Below are positions 62,501-64,000 of a stretch of DNA of 64,000 nt, piece after piece (positions within the stretch are counted from its first letter, which is position 1; each line of letters opens with the position of its first letter). The DNA is from Azolla caroliniana. Its lineage: Eukaryota > Plantae > Polypodiophyta. The translations under genes were made by a program, and so were the position numbers. The notes under the pieces are model-generated. The model was not told the DNA's origin and made no database searches. It saw only the letters and a program-made list of their open reading frames with translations. The stretch is taken from assembly GCA_043228905.1 (NCBI GenBank), contig JBHGNT010000016.1, positions 11,904,001 to 11,968,000 of the forward strand, given 5' to 3'.

Positions 62501-62947
62501 CCAAAAAGACCATTCATCATTGAAGCAAACGTGTCGGATTTCGCCTTGGTAGCATTCTGTCTCAACAAGTCGATGATGAAAAGCTACATCCTATGGCTTT
62601 CCATTCACGCAACTTTGACGCCGTGGAAATCAACTATGAAATTCATGATAAGGATCTATTAGCAATAGTGGACTCTCTTACGCAATGGAAGCATTTTCTT
62701 GAGGGGTTTTCTGATCAAGTCATCGTATTTAGTGATCACAAAAACCTTGCCTACTTTCAAAATGCTTGTTTGTTAAATCGACGTCAAGCTTGATGGGCCC
62801 AATTCCTGACTCGTTTCGACTTCAAAATTACATATCGTCTGGGGAGGCAACAAGGGAAGGCAGATGCATTATCACAATGCTTGTATCTAGTAGTGCGTCC
62901 CGGCGAGCCAACTTTCGATAACCAAAAGCAAGTAATCCTGGGACCGT
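59230..62947 (+). mobile_element. Second chromovirus copy with 5' LTR, 3'-truncated after RNase H
   Basis: LTR 59230-59689 (terminal ~31 bp duplicated) homologous to 55445-55897; gag CLYCGGPGHIAVNC, protease, RT YLDD, RNase H; many frameshifts. Confidence 0.9.
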
Positions 62948-63254
62948 AGTCATGTGGTTTTTCACACATGATATGAAACTTAGTAAAACAATTAATTAAG
63001 ATTAGCTTAATGTATTCATATAGATAGATGTCTTGAAGAGTTTCATAGCATATTTTACTACGCATGAAACGGATAAACAAGAAAAGACAAAACTGTGAGA
63101 TATCCCACATAGATAGGACAACATTGGGACCCAAGATATATAAGGGAAACCAAAACATATTCATTCTATCAATGTGTGGAGCACAGAATGTTCAAGGTGA
63201 CTTGGGCTACACTTTGTGGTATGCATGTTGTGTATGCACAGTCGTGTTGACGCT

Positions 63255-63822
63255 TGGGGTGTACTCGCGTATGCATGGTCGCGTGGACGTTTTCGGGCGG
63301 ACGTTTTCTGGCGTACGCATGCACGGCCGCGTGGACATTTCAGACGTACGCGTGCATGGACGTCTTCGGATGTACGCGCATGTGCAAGTTTCGGGTGTAC
63401 GTGTGGACATTTCGGACAGATGTGTCTGTGCGGACGAGCGCGCGCGCATGTGTGGATGCGTACTCTACGGCGCGGTTGAGACTTTTGCGCACGAATGCGT
63501 ACATGGTGCGGGTTGGAAGCGTGCGTATGCACGACCCCGTAGACGTTTTCAGGTGTACGTATGCACGGCCGCGTGGACGTTTCAGATGTACGCGTGCATG
63601 GACGTCTGCATGTGTGGATGCGTACTCTACGGCGCGGTTGAGACTTTTGCGCACGAATGCGTACATGGTGCGGGTTGGAAGCGTGCGTATGCACGACCCC
63701 GTAGACGTTTTCAGGTGTACGTATGCACGGCCGCGTGGACGTTTCAGATGTACGCGTGCATGGACGTCTTCGGATGTACACGCATGTGCAAGTTTCGGGT
63801 GTACACGTGGACATTTCGGACC
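63255..63822. repeat. CpG-rich compound tandem repeat, including a near-exact 162-bp duplication
   Basis: Units at ~63446 and ~63608, built from shorter GTGGACGTTT/GTACGCGTGCA motifs. Confidence 0.85.
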
Positions 63823-64000
63823 GATTAAAGCACGGATGGCCTCCTCTGTGATTACTTCTAGGTGGAGGGTGCACAAACCCATACTCATGGAGCACACGAG
63901 CTACTTCTCGAAGCAAGGTGTCGTCACCGGCCTATGTCCGATACGCTTTGCTGGCCATGGAATACTCCCCAAGGAAACTTCGTCAGTGTCTCTGGGGAAG

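Noticed and set aside
63064-63916. ORFs of 185-254 aa on both strands
   Set aside because: Stop-poor tandem repeat with no domain signal.

Overview
Eukaryotic, TE-dense heterochromatin, probably from a land plant (plant-type tRNA-Trp and tRNA-iMet primer-binding sites, plant-like tRNA-Val copies, short AT-rich GT-AG introns). No host gene is visible. The backbone is a degenerate ~1.5-kb higher-order tandem array of tRNA-Val-like genes, invaded by nested Copia, Ty3/Gypsy and chromovirus LTR retrotransposons. The standout is an 8.8-9.2 kb cut-and-paste DNA transposon (36-bp TIRs, 4-bp TTGA TSD) inserted in a Copia RNase H region. It carries (i) an uninterrupted 926-aa Sola1-like DDD transposase with a possible BAH/SH3-like tail, (ii) a divergent 6-exon gene for a ~974-aa protein fusing a ParB/Srx-like domain to a bacterial-type beta-class N6A/N4C DNA methyltransferase (one in-frame TGA), and (iii) an array of 25-bp palindromes with 26-27-bp spacers in both orientations inside intron 1 of that gene. 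The element appears twice because ~13.7 kb is repeated either side of a 100-N gap (probably an assembly overlap); by eye the copies differ only in array size (2 vs 10 units). All calls come from reading the sequence; no searches were run.
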